From Eledone cirrhosa (Eukaryota): a DNA stretch of 64,000 nucleotides. Below the pieces are notes generated by a model. It saw nothing but the letters and a program-made list of their open reading frames with translations. It made no database searches and had not been told where the DNA came from. Below, one piece after another: positions 1 to 13,312 of this stretch. A program made the translations under genes and the position numbers. Position 1 is the stretch's first letter. Each line of letters starts with the position of its first letter. The stretch is taken from positions 98,456,001 to 98,520,000 of the forward strand of contig OZ024743.1 of NCBI GenBank assembly GCA_964016885.1, in the 5' to 3' direction.

Positions 1-2190
1 ATGTCAGTTCATTTCTCTCAGCCCGGTTGTTAAGTGGGGGTCTGAGGTTCTTAATAACAAGTGCTTGCTTTATCCTTAAGGATCCGATGCTGCGTTCAGT
101 CGCTAGGACTGTGACCAAGGGTCTGCCCTGTGGGTTTCCGCATTTAAGGATGTGTTTACGGAAGGAAGATGTGTTGGTGTTGACATGTTCCTTGATACGA
201 ACATGTAGGGGTCGGATGGTGCTACCTATGTAAAACTTGTTACATTTATCGCATTGCATCTTATATACGACATAGGTGCGTAGGCAATCTGCCCCCCGTA
301 TCGGGCAGTTGCTGAGGCAACACGTCCCATCTGACTCGTCGGGTTTGGTGGAGAGGCATCTTCGGAGCGAAGGTCCTGTGTGGGCCAAATGTATGTCAAG
401 TCCCTCCCTCCGTATGGCCCTGCGGATGGCGTTCGTGGTATATTCACTCAGGTGAGGGATTTTAAAGAAGCACTTGTATTTATCTAAGTTTCTAGTGGGT
501 GTCTGTCTATTGGGTCTGGGGTCTCTAATTCCGTTAATCAGTCGCTTGGGATATCCATTAGACTTGAGTAGATTACGGAATTGCGTGGTATGGGTGAGAC
601 CACCCATCGGGTCGCTGCATCTATTAGTGATCCGTGTAAGTTCATTTAGGACATAGCCTCTCTTAGCGTTGTTGGGGAGGGCTGAGTTGTAATGCACAAA
701 TAAGTCCTTGCACGCTGCCTTGCGGTAGAAGGTGGTGTTTATGTCTCCTTCTTCTGAGATGTTGATACGGAAGTCGAGGAGGGCGAGTGACCCGTCTTCA
801 TCAGGGTGTTCGATGGTGAAATCGACGTGATGGTCAGTGTCGTTAAAGATTTGGTGAATTTCATTCGCCATCTCCCGGGAAGAAGTGAGTATCAGTATGT
901 CATCAACGTATCTGGAGTAGAAGGCGACGGCGTTGGGTTGGCAGGTGTTGAGTGCCTTGCGTTCCAGGTGGTCCATATACGAGATCGCAAGTATGCCGGA
1001 CAGACTAGAGCCCATAGGTAGCCCAGAGATCTGTTTGTATGTGTGGCCGAGGAAATTAAAGAATGCATTATCCACAATGAAGGAGAGGAGTTGGTGGATG
1101 TCCGTGTGTGTGAGTCCGAAGCAGTGTAAGTTAGATGCTCGGACTCGTTCGGTTAACAGGTCGACGGCTGGTGATGCTGGCACGGAGGTATAAAGGGCGA
1201 CCACATCAAGACTGAAGGCATATCCGTTGTCCTTTCTGGTGTTGGGCGCCAAATGGTGTAGTCGCTCCAAGACCTCCTTTGAGCTGCAGACGTGGGTTGG
1301 TAGTGCGTGTAGAATGGGTTTCAGTAGTGTGGAGAGCAGCCACGATATTTTGTAAAGTGGGCCCTCCACGCTAGAGACAATGGGCCTGATTTTCAAATCG
1401 GGTCCTTGTTTATGGGTTTTCACCAGGTGGGTAGTTTGCTGTTTCTAGTCGTTATGTTATTTTTTACCTTCTTTGGCAGTTGTCGTTGAACACAGATGTT
1501 AGTCCATATGGTGTTAATGTCTTCCTCGATTAGAGTCGAGGAGGTCCCTGTGACTTTCGAGTAGAGGCTGTCGTCATTAAAATGTTGGAGAGCTAAGTTG
1601 TTGTAGGTCTCTCTCGAGATGACACAGAATTCTTTCCCCTTGTCAGAGGGAAGGTAAACAAGGTTCATGGATCTTAGGTTGGTGAGAGTGTTAAATTGTG
1701 CATTGGTGAGGTTGCGTTTATTGTGTGTGTGTGTGTTGGGAAAGGATGTTAGAGATAGAATGTTTCAACCTGAGTAGTTTAGTGTCAAGTTCGTGGTTGG
1801 TGGGTGGAGTGGGTTGTCGAGGTGGTATGTGGGGAGTGTGGGGTGGGTTGTGGGGTTGTAATCGATCTCGGTGTTGTTTTGGATGGCGGTTAGCCATTTC
1901 AATTGATATGCTGTCCGACAGAAGTTGGTTTTGATGTCGAGTTTCAGTCTATCATCGAGACGCTGTGTAATGATGAACTTGGGTCCGAGGCGCAGGAGTT
2001 CGAGTTCGTCGTTGGTGCGGGTACTGGTTAGGTCGGTAACAAGGTGTGACGCATCGTTGGTAGGTAGATCGCTGTTGGGAGGTGTAGCGGAGGGTGTTGT
2101 ATCGCTGTTGCCCCTGGTGTGGTTGTAGTCGGTCCGTCTGTGGGAGAGGATGTTGTCATTGTAGTATTTGTTGACAGTCTAAATGACACT
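1..2190 (-). mobile_element. Penelope-like retroelement (RT + C-terminal GIY-YIG endonuclease), cut by the window edge
   Basis: Manual translation gives ELELLRLGPKF, PSDKG, HLVKTHK..IRPIVS, FSLDVVALYTSVP, YKQISGLPMGS, RYVDD, SNGYP, VVYKMQCDKCNKFYIGST..RIKEH and PPLN. The frame is open from ~1429 to 1, with frameshifts near 1430 and 1720-1800. Confidence 0.93.
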
Positions 2191-2205
2191 TGGAATTCAT
2201 ACTTC

Positions 2206-2258
2206 GCGTGCGTGCGTGCGTGCGTGCGTGTGCGTGTGTGTGTGTGTGTGCGTGTGCG
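2206..2258. repeat. (CGTG)n/(GT)n microsatellite
   Basis: Directly visible, adjacent to the Penelope 5' end. Confidence 0.9.
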
Positions 2259-3313
2259 CCGAAAAACTTTTTAATTACTCCTACAAAACTTCAAAATAAT
2301 ACTTGTTTTTATTTTGCTTCATTGTTTTGTTTATTTCCTATCAGTGTGTGTGTGTTTGTATGTTGTGTAAGGGGTAAGTAGCTAGTCACAAACACATTAC
2401 TTTACTATAACTCAAACCTTGTCAGTGGAATTGAGTAGACAGAAACTGTATGGAAGCCTGCGAGTTAGATTGTACCTGCAATTCCAAGAGCCAGTCTAAT
2501 ATATTGTGTCACATTAAATGTACTCGACCACATACACGTTAATTCATGAGTCAGGCATACAGGTAATCAAATGACTGACTGCTTATTGTTGAAACTGATG
2601 GAGGATCCATCAGTTCATCACAACCACAGTTCAAAGAAACATGGCTCTCCTTTATAACAAATACATCTAAAAACAAATGAACATATCATATGGCAGTAGA
2701 TGAAGAAGCAGTGAAAATATAAAGAAAAACAGTTGAGAAATATGGAGAGAGACGAAGGTAGAGATAGAAAGTGATGGTCAAATATTTAGCAAGGCAGAAC
2801 AGACAGAAGACATGTTAATCTACAGAGTAGTTTGTAAGAAAGCTAGTTGCAGTAATGTAAAAATAGGAAGAGGACATAATTAGTTTATCAGTGAAGATAC
2901 CATGGAAACAGGCATGATGATGAGACAATAGTAGAGTAACAATTAACTATACAAGACAGCAATTCAATATTAAATATAAGAATCATTGCATGTAAATTGG
3001 TCATTAAAATAAAGAGCAATTCCAGAGAAAAACAAGTGATTATCTTTATAAATTGTTTATAGAGAATGAGGTTATGTATAGGGGTTTGTTAATGAGGTCA
3101 TGTATAGGGTTTGTTGTTAGTGTCATACCTTGGGTGAATGAGGTCATATATAGGGGTTTCTTAATTGTTATATTGTCATATATTGATGCAAGCATTCATT
3201 AGAGGTATTATGAACATAAAAAGAAGTATCATATAGGTATCAAATAAACAGTAATTAAAGAGAAGCAGTGGTTAAGTATTAAATGTAAGGATCTTCACAG
3301 ATTTAACCCTTTA

Positions 3314-3880
3314 CATACTATATATACTATTGTATTTACATTACTATATATACTATTGTGTTTACATTACTCTATATATACTATTGTATTTACATTACTC
3401 CATATATACTATTGTTTACATTACTCTATATATACTATTGAATTTACATTACTCTATATATACTATTGTATTTACATTACTCTATATATACTATTGTATT
3501 TACATTACTCTATATATACTATTGTATTTACATTACTCTATATATACTATTGTATTTACATTACTCTATATATACTATTGTATTTACATTACTCTATATA
3601 TACTATTGTATTTACATTACTCTATATATACTATTGTATTTACATTACTCCATATATACTATTGTATTTACATTACTCCATATATACTATTGTATTTACA
3701 TTACTCCATATATACTATTGTATTTACATTACTCCATATATACTATTGTATTTACATTACTCCATATATACTATTGCATTTACATTACTCCATATATACT
3801 ATTGTATTTACATTACTCCATATATACTATTGTATTTACATTACTCCATATATACTATTGTATTTACATTACTCCATATA
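3314..3880. repeat. 28-bp minisatellite, left part (~20 units)
   Basis: Unit TATATACTATTGTATTTACATTACTC(T/C)A. Confidence 0.97.
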
Positions 3881-4623
3881 CCTGGGCATTGTGTGCAGAG
3901 GATATACGCAGACTAGAGAGGAACGAAGCTTGCATGCTCCGCTGCATGTGTAACAGTAATATACGTGAATGGCAAAGCATAAACGAACTAAGGAAAAAAT
4001 TAGAGATAAGAGGGATCAGATGTTGTTTACTCAAGAGAAGGCTACGTTGGTATGGACACGTGATGCGCATGAAAGTCGATAGCTGTATAACAAAGTGCAG
4101 GGCAATGAAGATAGACGGTAGCCACGGAATAGGCAGACCTAGAAAAACCTGGGATGAGCTGATAAACTCCGACCTCACACACTTACACCTCTCCAAGACA
4201 ATGTCACTGGACCGAGACCTTTGGCGGTACTCAGTAACAGAGAAGACCCGCCTTGCCAGTAGGCATCTCTAACAAAATACACCCCGTCCCGCCACCGCCC
4301 CCACCCCATCCACACCACCCCGTTCTATGTAAAGTTATGTTGGTGCCGCGCCATCCAGGCCGAAACAAATGAGATCGTGTAGGTGTCACGACAAAAAAAC
4401 ACAGTCCACGCTGTAATGTGGCCGTGTAGGCAACACGGTAAAAACCTCCCAGACCCACACTGTAAATGTGGTTGGTGTTAGGAAGGGCATCCAACTGTAG
4501 AAAACCTGCCAGACAGTCCTATGCGAGCAAGACAATCACTCTTGCCTGAAGTGGGACTACCCCCGTCCAAACCCATGCAAGCGTGGAACACGGACGTTAA
4601 ACGTTGATGATGATGATGATGAT
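3881..4623 (+). mobile_element. 5'-truncated RTE-clade LINE (ORF C-terminus, 3'UTR, (GAT)n tail)
   Basis: [27 protein letters not shown]; closely similar to 17347-18074. Confidence 0.92.
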
Positions 4624-6588
4624 ACTATTGTGTTTACATTACTCCATATATACTATTGTGTTTACATTACTCCATATATACTATTGTATTTACATTACTC
4701 CATATATACTATTGTATTTACATTACTCCATATATACTATTGTATTTACATTACTCTATATATACTATTGTATTTACATTACTCTATATATACTATTGTA
4801 TTTACATTACTCTATATATACTATTGTATTTACATTACTCTATATATACTATTGTATTTACATTACTCCATATATACTATTGTATTTACATTACTCCATA
4901 TATACTATTGTATTTACATTACTCCATATATACTATTGTATTTACGTTACTCTATATATACTATTGTATTCACATTACTCTATATATACTATTGTGTTTA
5001 CATTACTCTATATATACTATTGTGTTTACATTACTTCATATATACTATTGTGTTTACATTACTCTATATATACTATTGTCTTTACATTACTCTATATATA
5101 CTATTGTCTTTACATTACTCTATATATACTATTGTCTTTACATTACTCTATATATACTATTGTCTTTACATTACTCTATATATACTATTGTCTTTACATT
5201 ACTCTATATATACTATTGTATTTACATTACTCTATATATACTATTGTATTTACATTACTCTATATATACTATTGTATTTACATTACTCTATATATACTAT
5301 TGTATTTACATTACTCTATATATACTATTGTATTTACATTACTCTATATATACTATTGTATTTACATTACTCCATATATACTATTGTATTTACATTACTC
5401 CATATATACTATTGTATTCACATTACTCTATATATACTATTGTATTCACATTACTCTATATATACTATTGTGTTTACATTACTCTATATATACTATTGTG
5501 TTTACATTACTCTATATATACTATTGTATTTACATTACTCCATATATACTATTGTATTTACATTACTGCATATATACTATTGTATTTACATTACTCCATA
5601 TATACTATTGTATTTACATTACTGCATATATACTATTGTATTTACATTACTGCATATATACTATTGTATTTACATTACTGCATATATACTATTGTGTTTA
5701 CATTACTCTATATATACTATTGTGTTTACATTACTTCATATATACTATTGTATTTACATTACTCCATATATACTATTGTATTTACATTACTCCATATATA
5801 CTATTGTATTTACATTACTCCATATATACTATTGTATTTACATTACTCTATATATACTATTGTATTTACATTACTCTATATATACTATTGTATTTACATT
5901 ACTCTATATATACTATTGTATTTACATTACTCTATATATACTATTGTATTTACATTACTCTATATATACTATTGTATTTACATTACTCTATATATACTAT
6001 TGTATTTACATTACTCTATATATACTATTGTATTTACATTATATATACTATTGTATTTACATTACTCTATATATACTATTGTATTTACATTACTCTATAT
6101 ATACTATTGTATTTACATTACTCTATATATACTATTGTATTTACATTACTCTATATATACTATTGTATTTACATTACTCTATATATACTATTGTATTTAC
6201 ATTACTCTATATATACTATTGTATTTACATTACTCTATATATACTATTGTATTTACATTACTCTATATATACTATTGTATTTACATTACTCTATATATAC
6301 TATTGTATTTACATTACTCTATATATACTATTGTATTTACATTACTCTATATATACTATTGTATTTACATTACTCTATATATACTATTGTATTTACATTA
6401 CTCTATATATACTATTGTATTTACATTACTCTATATATACTATTGTATTTACATTACTCTATATATACTAGTGTATTTACATTACTCTATATATACTAGT
6501 GTATTTACATTACTCTATATATACTAGTGTATTTACATTACTCTATATATACTAGTGTATTTACATTACTCTATATATACTATTGTGT
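4624..6588. repeat. 28-bp minisatellite, right part (~70 units)
   Basis: Same unit, with blocks of shared variants; source of the spurious 613-631 aa ORFs. Confidence 0.97.
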
Positions 6589-7930
6589 TTTCAAAGTAAA
6601 CACTTTATCTCACATAATATCGAATCTATGAGACTTAGATATTATTTATTTTGAGAACAATACCTTGATATAAGTATGAGCAGCCAGTTATGGCTGGTTT
6701 AAACAGAAGGAAGTGAGAAAATTCTGCCCGGATATGGCTGGTTTAAATGCTAATGGTTTAAATGAGACAGTAGGTAATAAAATAAATCTTAAAAGATAAG
6801 TGGAAGACAGAGAGAGATAAACAAGAAGCCATTGAGATGAAAGCCCTGTTCACAATGAGGTAGCGCGCGCACACACACACACACACCTTATATGTGATCT
6901 AGGATGTTTGTATGAAACGGCATCACTGAGAAAATATTTGAGTTTTGTAAACAGCATGCAACTTACCAGGACTTATTTTCTACCTCAGAAAAGCAAGCCT
7001 AGTTTTTGCAACGTTATATATTTGGGGTCAACATAAGAGATAATCAGATTGTTAGGCCTAGTATAAGAGTGTAGTAGAAATCTCTTTCTTTGCTATGTTT
7101 AGCAATTAAGTCTATATTATCTTTAAGGCCTAAAAATCTGAACAAGTTTAGGCTGCATGTCAATAACACTTATGGGCAAAACAAAGACAAAATGAGGAGT
7201 GGTATTATCTTTATAGTGTAGTTACAAGTAATAGCACAAAGGTTATTAATGTACAAAATAAGTGTAAGAAAACTAACAGAGTTTCTCTAATGTGGAACAA
7301 AGAACTCTGAATACACAATGAATGGAGCAGTTTATCAGAAAACTTCAAATCCAAGAGATGGGAGACAGAGAATTGACATAAACAGGTAAATTAATAAAGT
7401 GGTCATTGTGTCAGACAGCCAAATACTTTGCTGGTGTCAGAGGTAACAAAGTTACATACACCATTGTTTTCAAGGTTGAGAGGTCACTGGCCGCTCCCAT
7501 CTCCTAGCATTTCCTATCCCACAGTAGGATGTTTCCTCCCCACCCTTGGCAAGTAGTATAACCACCCCACACTCTCATCAACGCCTTCCCAACCTAACCA
7601 AGGACACACCAGCACCCTAGTGTTGTTAAGTTATCCAGTCCATGCTGTAAAGTAGTAATACTGGTGCCATGACAAAAAACACCCAGTCCACCCTGTAAGA
7701 TAATGTCAGAATCAGACTATTAGTACAAAGTGATTGTCATTTAGATGGGCATCCAGCCATAGAAAACCAAATCAAAACGTAGTCTGCTGACCAGTCTAAC
7801 CTCAGTATATGACAGACCGTCTAACCCATGCAAGTATGGAACATAGGCATTAAATGATGATGATGATGATGATATATATATATATGTGTGTGTGTCTCTA
7901 TGTCAGAATTATTAATTAAACATTGCTTAC

Positions 7931-8024
7931 CGAGTCAGTAGTAACAAATTTGCCATCAATATATCTACAGATTAAGGAGGTTTTACCAACATCTTTATCT
8001 CCAAGAATCACCACTTTCAAATCT
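7931..8024 (-). CDS. RAB20: Rab small GTPase (Rab20-like), coding exon 2 with P-loop; gene continues beyond the left edge
   Basis: TTTTGCAG acceptor and GTAAG donor. Encodes DLKVVILGDKDVGKTSLICRYIDGKFVTTDS (G1 box GxxxVGKT), which aligns gap-free with the Rab20 N-terminus as I recall it. Rab24 is the next-best guess, so the symbol is tentative. Confidence 0.85.
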
Positions 8025-8072
8025 CTGCAAAATGTAAGGATTTTAGTTTAGGAAAGGTATTTCATATGAGAA

Positions 8073-8337
8073 ATTACATTGTGGAAGAGTCATTTTAGCC
8101 ATTCAAACTTATATTCACTTATAATATATTTCATGGGGTCAAAGTTTTCATTGTAATCATTGTGGCTTGGTTGTTGACACAATTCTGTAACTTTTGTAAT
8201 GGAATCATAACACTGATCAGATCACAAAGACTGCAATGAAAAGTTTGACTCCTTGAAATAAAAGTGAAACAACATAATTTTTCTGTTGTGTTGTTATTTT
8301 ATTTTGAAAGGCTAAAACGACTCTTCCACAATGTGAT
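8073..8337. repeat. Fold-back MITE-like element with ~35-bp terminal inverted repeats
   Basis: ATTACATTGTGGAAGAGTCATTTTAGCCATTCAAA ... TTTGAAAGGCTAAAACGACTCTTCCACAATGTGAT, plus inner inverted arms. A degenerate relative lies at ~10570-10775. Confidence 0.75.
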
Positions 8338-10018
8338 TGGTTCAGTTTCAGCACACAATCTCAAATTAAATCACTTATAAAACAAGTACAACTGTGATAT
8401 TTCATGTTGACCGGCAATATGAGAGAAGACCCACCTGCCCATGCCAGATGGATAAAACAAGTATAGGGAAGACAGAAGTGAAGCACTATTTAGGCCCCTT
8501 TTTCAACCAACATGCTTCCCACACACACCCAACTCCTCTCACTACCTTCATTCACCTTAATCCTCCCTCCTACCCATCCCTTCACTATCTATGTCCCCCC
8601 ACTCACATCTTACATCCCCCTCCATCCTTCGTTAAAACCATGCAAGCATGGAAATGACATTCTATTCCCAAATTAAACTATCACCTCCTATTCACCTTCC
8701 TTGTTGAGCCCATGCTAATATAGAAAGCCAGGCATACCACAATATACTGCCAAATGCAACTCTTCAAGGTTACCTAAACTATCTAGCATTTGCTTTCCTA
8801 CTGTAGAAAGACCCCGCCTTGGCAAGCAGCATGTAGCTTTGTCTGTCGCTCATTTTACACCCATCTCCCCTCACTCCCTCCCCAGCCATGGATACAATGA
8901 GCACCTTAGTTTTGTAACGAGGTAGTACTGGTGCCACAATAAAATACACCCAGTCCACTCTGTAAGGTGGTAAGGTTTATGCCACATTAAAATGATCCCA
9001 GTAGACACTGTAAAGTGATTGGTATAAGGAAATCGCATACAGCCATAGAAACCAAGCCAAAAACAATGTATGAACAAGATGAGGTTACCTGACTAATCAT
9101 GTCTCAGGATATGACAACCTGACTAACAGAAAAATAGGCCTTAAACAGTGATGATGAGCAAGTTATGTCATAACAAACAGCATAGTTTATATATAAACTT
9201 TATTATGATAAGATCACAGTTGGTTATCAATGACTTCTTTTCAACAAGACAACTTGTTCAAATCAAGCAAACTTGTTCAAATAGTCACCACACCAAACAA
9301 GAGTATTCATTTTCAAAGGAATTTACATCAAATTTATTCCAAATAAATTGAATGACTCATTAAGATATAAAAATCATGGATCAAAAGTTTAACAGTGTGT
9401 AATACATCTAAAAAATTCAAGATGTTTGCTGATGTTTAATTCTTTTGATACCAAAATTCTGCAGTAGAAATGATATCAAACTTATTCAATACTATATCGA
9501 CATAGCCATTTTGCCTCTATTTCCACCTAGATAACTACTGATATTTTTTTCAAAACATTGTTGTTGAAAGGAACAGTTTACTACTCAAAAAATCCATGAC
9601 TCAGTTTCAATTCCAAGTTAAAGCCACTTCACATCACTTCTACTAGAAATGTCCATAGGAAAAGACATAAATGCTATACTCAACTATAAATCCATACTTG
9701 TAGCTCAGAGTTGAAGATTCTTTTAAAGGTTTCCATCAGTGAAATATGGCTATGGTGGGATATAGTTGATTATAATAACCCCAGTACTTAACTGATATTT
9801 ATGTCATTAACCTTGGAAAGCTGAAATGCAAAGTCAACATGGGTTGGTATTTGACCTTAATGTAAATTGTCCTTATTAAATATCTCAAGGTATTTTGTTT
9901 AATGTTTTACCAACTGAGTATTCCACCAACTGTTTTTATATTACTTTTTAAATAATCCCTTTTAATCCTTTTAAAACTAAACCACTGCTTCTGGTTCAAT
10001 AAAACAAAACTGTTTGTT

Positions 10019-10242
10019 TTAACCCTTTAGCATTTACATTTCTCTATATTTACTATTTCATTTTCATGGTAAAGGCTTTGTTACATAATTATCTCACATA
10101 GTATCGAATGTATGAGATTTTGATATTTATTTTGAGAACAATACCTTAACATCAGTATGAGTGGCTAGTTACAACCGATTTGAACAGAAAGAGGTGAAAG
10201 AATTCTGGCCGGATATGGCCGGTTTAAATGCTAAAGGGTTAA
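10019..10242. mobile_element. piggyBac-type MITE (TTAA TSD, CCCTTTAGCATTTA TIRs), nested in an older TTAA MITE (~9962-10432)
   Basis: TTAACCCTTTAGCATTTA...TAAATGCTAAAGGGTTAA. Confidence 0.85.
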
Positions 10243-11439
10243 AGTGTTTACATTTATCTAAAACCTTCCAGCATAATTTCTTGTAAGAACATTTGTTAGT
10301 TATGTTCCAAACACTGGTTTAATAATGATAAAGTTAATTACAAAACTAAATCTCTATAAATTCTTTATTTCCAAATTAATTGAAAATCATAAGTAGTGTC
10401 TTTCATTACAAATATGATAACAAAGGGGTTAAGAAATCTATTCAACTAAGTGAAAGGATTACATTTATTCCCTACACAACACAATATACATCCCAAACCA
10501 GTTTGTCTCCATTAATAAAATCTAACAAATACATATTGCTTACATCAATGAGGCATAATGTGTTTAACACTTGCAATAATGTTGAGTACTTTTAACTGTT
10601 CAAAACACAAAAAAAACGTTATGTTCACTTTTTATTTATTTCTATTCACTGCAATGGAATTGTGTCATACTACAAAGCGTATGATAAATTAAAAACAACA
10701 AAATAATTAAAAAGTGAATATAACAGCTTGTATGTTTTTTTTAATGGCTAGAATGGCTTTCCACAATGTAACTGGTTTAGTTTCAACACATTTTCTCACA
10801 TCAAGTCACCTTCCAAAGTAGTACAACTTTCAACATTAAAAACCCCCAAAACAAGAAAATTTAGGAAAAAAAACAAACATAGTATACTCTATAAAGAGGT
10901 AATGATGGTACCATGATAAAATGCACTCAATACACTAAGTGGTAGTACTGGTGCTGATATAATAAAATATACACTGTACATTCTGTAAAATTGTTGGCAT
11001 TAAGAAGCGCAACCAGATGTAAAAAATATGCCAAATGTAGAATGTATGAGGAAGGCATGGTTCTCCAACTCATCTGACTGTGACAACCCATCTATCCCCA
11101 TACCAACATGAAGGTGATCATGATAACAGCAACTAAGGAAGAAGATGTTTTTTATATAAATCTACACATAGCATGGAAAAACAAGTAAGATTCTTATTTT
11201 TTTTATTTTTATTCTATTTATTTTTGGAGTTGGTCTGGAGAAGAAGTTTTTAACCACTGTATCACATACAGTCCACAGGTTTGCCACACACAAGTTTTTG
11301 TGGCAAGTCAAAAATGACAGGTTATTTTGAAGATTTGAATGTCTCCAGTGACATTTATATTACTAAAACAATATTGCATGTGTCACACTGACCATCAGCA
11401 ATAATTTGAACTCAATTCACCCATCCTTTATATTCCACA

Positions 11440-11628
11440 ATAATTGTTTCTACTTTTGGCACAAGACCATCAATTACCCAGTACATTACTGGTACTTTAT
11501 TTTCTCGACCCCGTAAGGATGAAAGGCAAAGTTAACCTCGGCAGGATTTGAAGTCAGACCGCAAAGGGACGTAACTATGCTGGAAAGCATGGTGTCCAAC
11601 CCTCTACCGATACCGCCAATCTACCGCC
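11440..11628 (-). mobile_element. tRNA-derived SINE
   Basis: Family core GACCCCGTAAGGATGAAAGGCAAAGTTAACCTC, also at ~30910, 42200, 44468 and 44652; ATATTCCACAA repeated on both flanks. Confidence 0.7.
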
Positions 11629-11949
11629 ACAATAATATTCCACAAAAATTCCCTTTTGACATCTCTTTACAATGCTCAGATAAATTAAATGATTTACTGA
11701 CATATATTGATGCTGACTAAACTGGAAAAACCCAGCTCCTGTTAACCGATGAGGATGATAAAGTGACACCACTACCATTTTACATCATCTTTCCATGCTG
11801 GCATAGGTTTGATGGGTTGTTACAATCAGCTTATAATGGAAGGTTTTAGATAGATGCAAACATTCTAAAAACAATTTTGTATTGTAAAACCAGGGGCAGT
11901 TTCAGGTAATTTGTTAGGAAAAGGCTACTTTGGATAGAGCGACAGATCA

Positions 11950-13312
11950 TCATTATCATTTGTAGACCCACTTTTCCATGCTTGCATGGGCTAGACAAGT
12001 CCTTTTCAGCACAGCATCTCTCCACTTATTGCGTTCCTTTATCAGCTCTTCATCTACTACTGTGGCTTCCTTCTGCTGGGATTTCCTGACACTTCATCTA
12101 ACAATCCTCATCCATGGGCATCACATTTCCATAACAATGAACTATTCTCTCTTGCACACCACTTCCGATTCCTATTAAATCTAGATTCTATCTCAGTTCA
12201 TCCAAGTTTTACTGTTCTCTCATATTAACACTGCACATCCATTGAAACATGGTTACTTGATTTCTCTCCAGCCCACACATTCCTCTGCAGCTACTGCTCA
12301 TGTTTCACTACCATGTAGAATCACTCTTCATATACAGGCATTATACAGCCATCCTTTTGTTCGGAGGGAAAAATCTTTTGTTATCAACAGAGAGAATAGC
12401 TCTCTAAACTTCTTCCATCCTATTATGCTCACAGAGCACCCTCCTCTGCTGCTAATTAGACCACCTAGGTAACAGAAGCTATCAACCACTTCTAGGGATC
12501 CTTCATGTGATTGAAAAAGATTATATTTCTGATGCGCTTCCCATCAATTATCCCTGTGCATCTAGTACATACAAAATTTTCCCTTCGAGTTAGTCTGCCT
12601 GCTATCCCACTGAATCCCTTGTGTATCCAAGATTTGCATCCTGTACATCAATTAGAGATGCTACCTACTCCTTTTCTGCATATCGAGTAAGGGTTCTGTC
12701 TTTTTTCCTTGCTTAGTAACACTTTCGATTTTTTTAAGTTTACTCCCAGCCCTATTAATTCTGTTTCCACAGTCAGAACTTATTCTCTAGTTCTTCTATG
12801 GATTCCACTATAAGAACCAGATCATCCTCAAAATGAAGTTCCCATGGCAGCCACTATTAAACTTCTATTATGGCCTGGAAAACTAATGAATAGAAGTGGA
12901 CTAAGAACCAAACCCTGAGGGACTCTTACCTGTATTTTGAATTCCTCAAAAGAAAAAAAAACAAACTTCCTACTCTCTCTTTACTGACAGCTCCACTGTA
13001 CATGGCTTGCACTGCTCTCACAAGCCATTCTTCTACAACTAATTTCCTTAAGGACCACTGAATGACAGATCAAGGTACTCTGTCAAAAGCCTCTTCTAGA
13101 TCAACAAAAGCTAAATATAGTGGCTTATTCTTGGCTAGGAACTTCTTTTGTTGTTGTCTCACTAAGAAGAGGGCATCTGTAGTACTTTTTCCAGGCATAA
13201 AATCAAAATGCATCTCAACTAATTTAACTCTTTCCCTAATTAACTGTACTGGAGCTCTTTCCATCATTTTCATAACTTGGTCCAATTCCTCTGTAATTGC
13301 TACTTTCTAGAG
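11950..13312 (-). mobile_element. Degenerate RTE LINE, 3' part (continues at 18924-19650 beyond the hAT insertion)
   Basis: GKSTTDALFLVRQ..KPLYLAFVDLEEAFDRVP, FCYLG remnant and tail; many stops. Confidence 0.85.

Larger units (their letters stand above)
3303..6761. mobile_element. piggyBac-type MITE copy inflated by an internal 28-bp satellite and a LINE insertion
   Basis: Starts TTAACCCTTTA and ends TAAATGCTAATGGTTTAA. Segment 6590-6761 is homologous to the short copies at 10019, 39265 and 62256. Confidence 0.8.

Noticed and set aside
1-2190. Selenocysteine-coding Naiad-type Penelope
   Set aside because: The endonuclease is C-terminal, and the TGA codons (~1420, ~1765) are explained by frameshifts.
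4604-6527. 613-631 aa Tyr/Ile/Leu-rich ORFs (also 3330-3953)
   Set aside because: The 28-bp repeat lacks stops on the plus strand, so all three frames give the same periodic peptide; it lies inside a MITE.
6962-7000. Possible Rab exon 3 (minus-strand GTAAGT donor at ~6966)
   Set aside because: The translation lacks the expected TIG/G2 and DTAG motifs.
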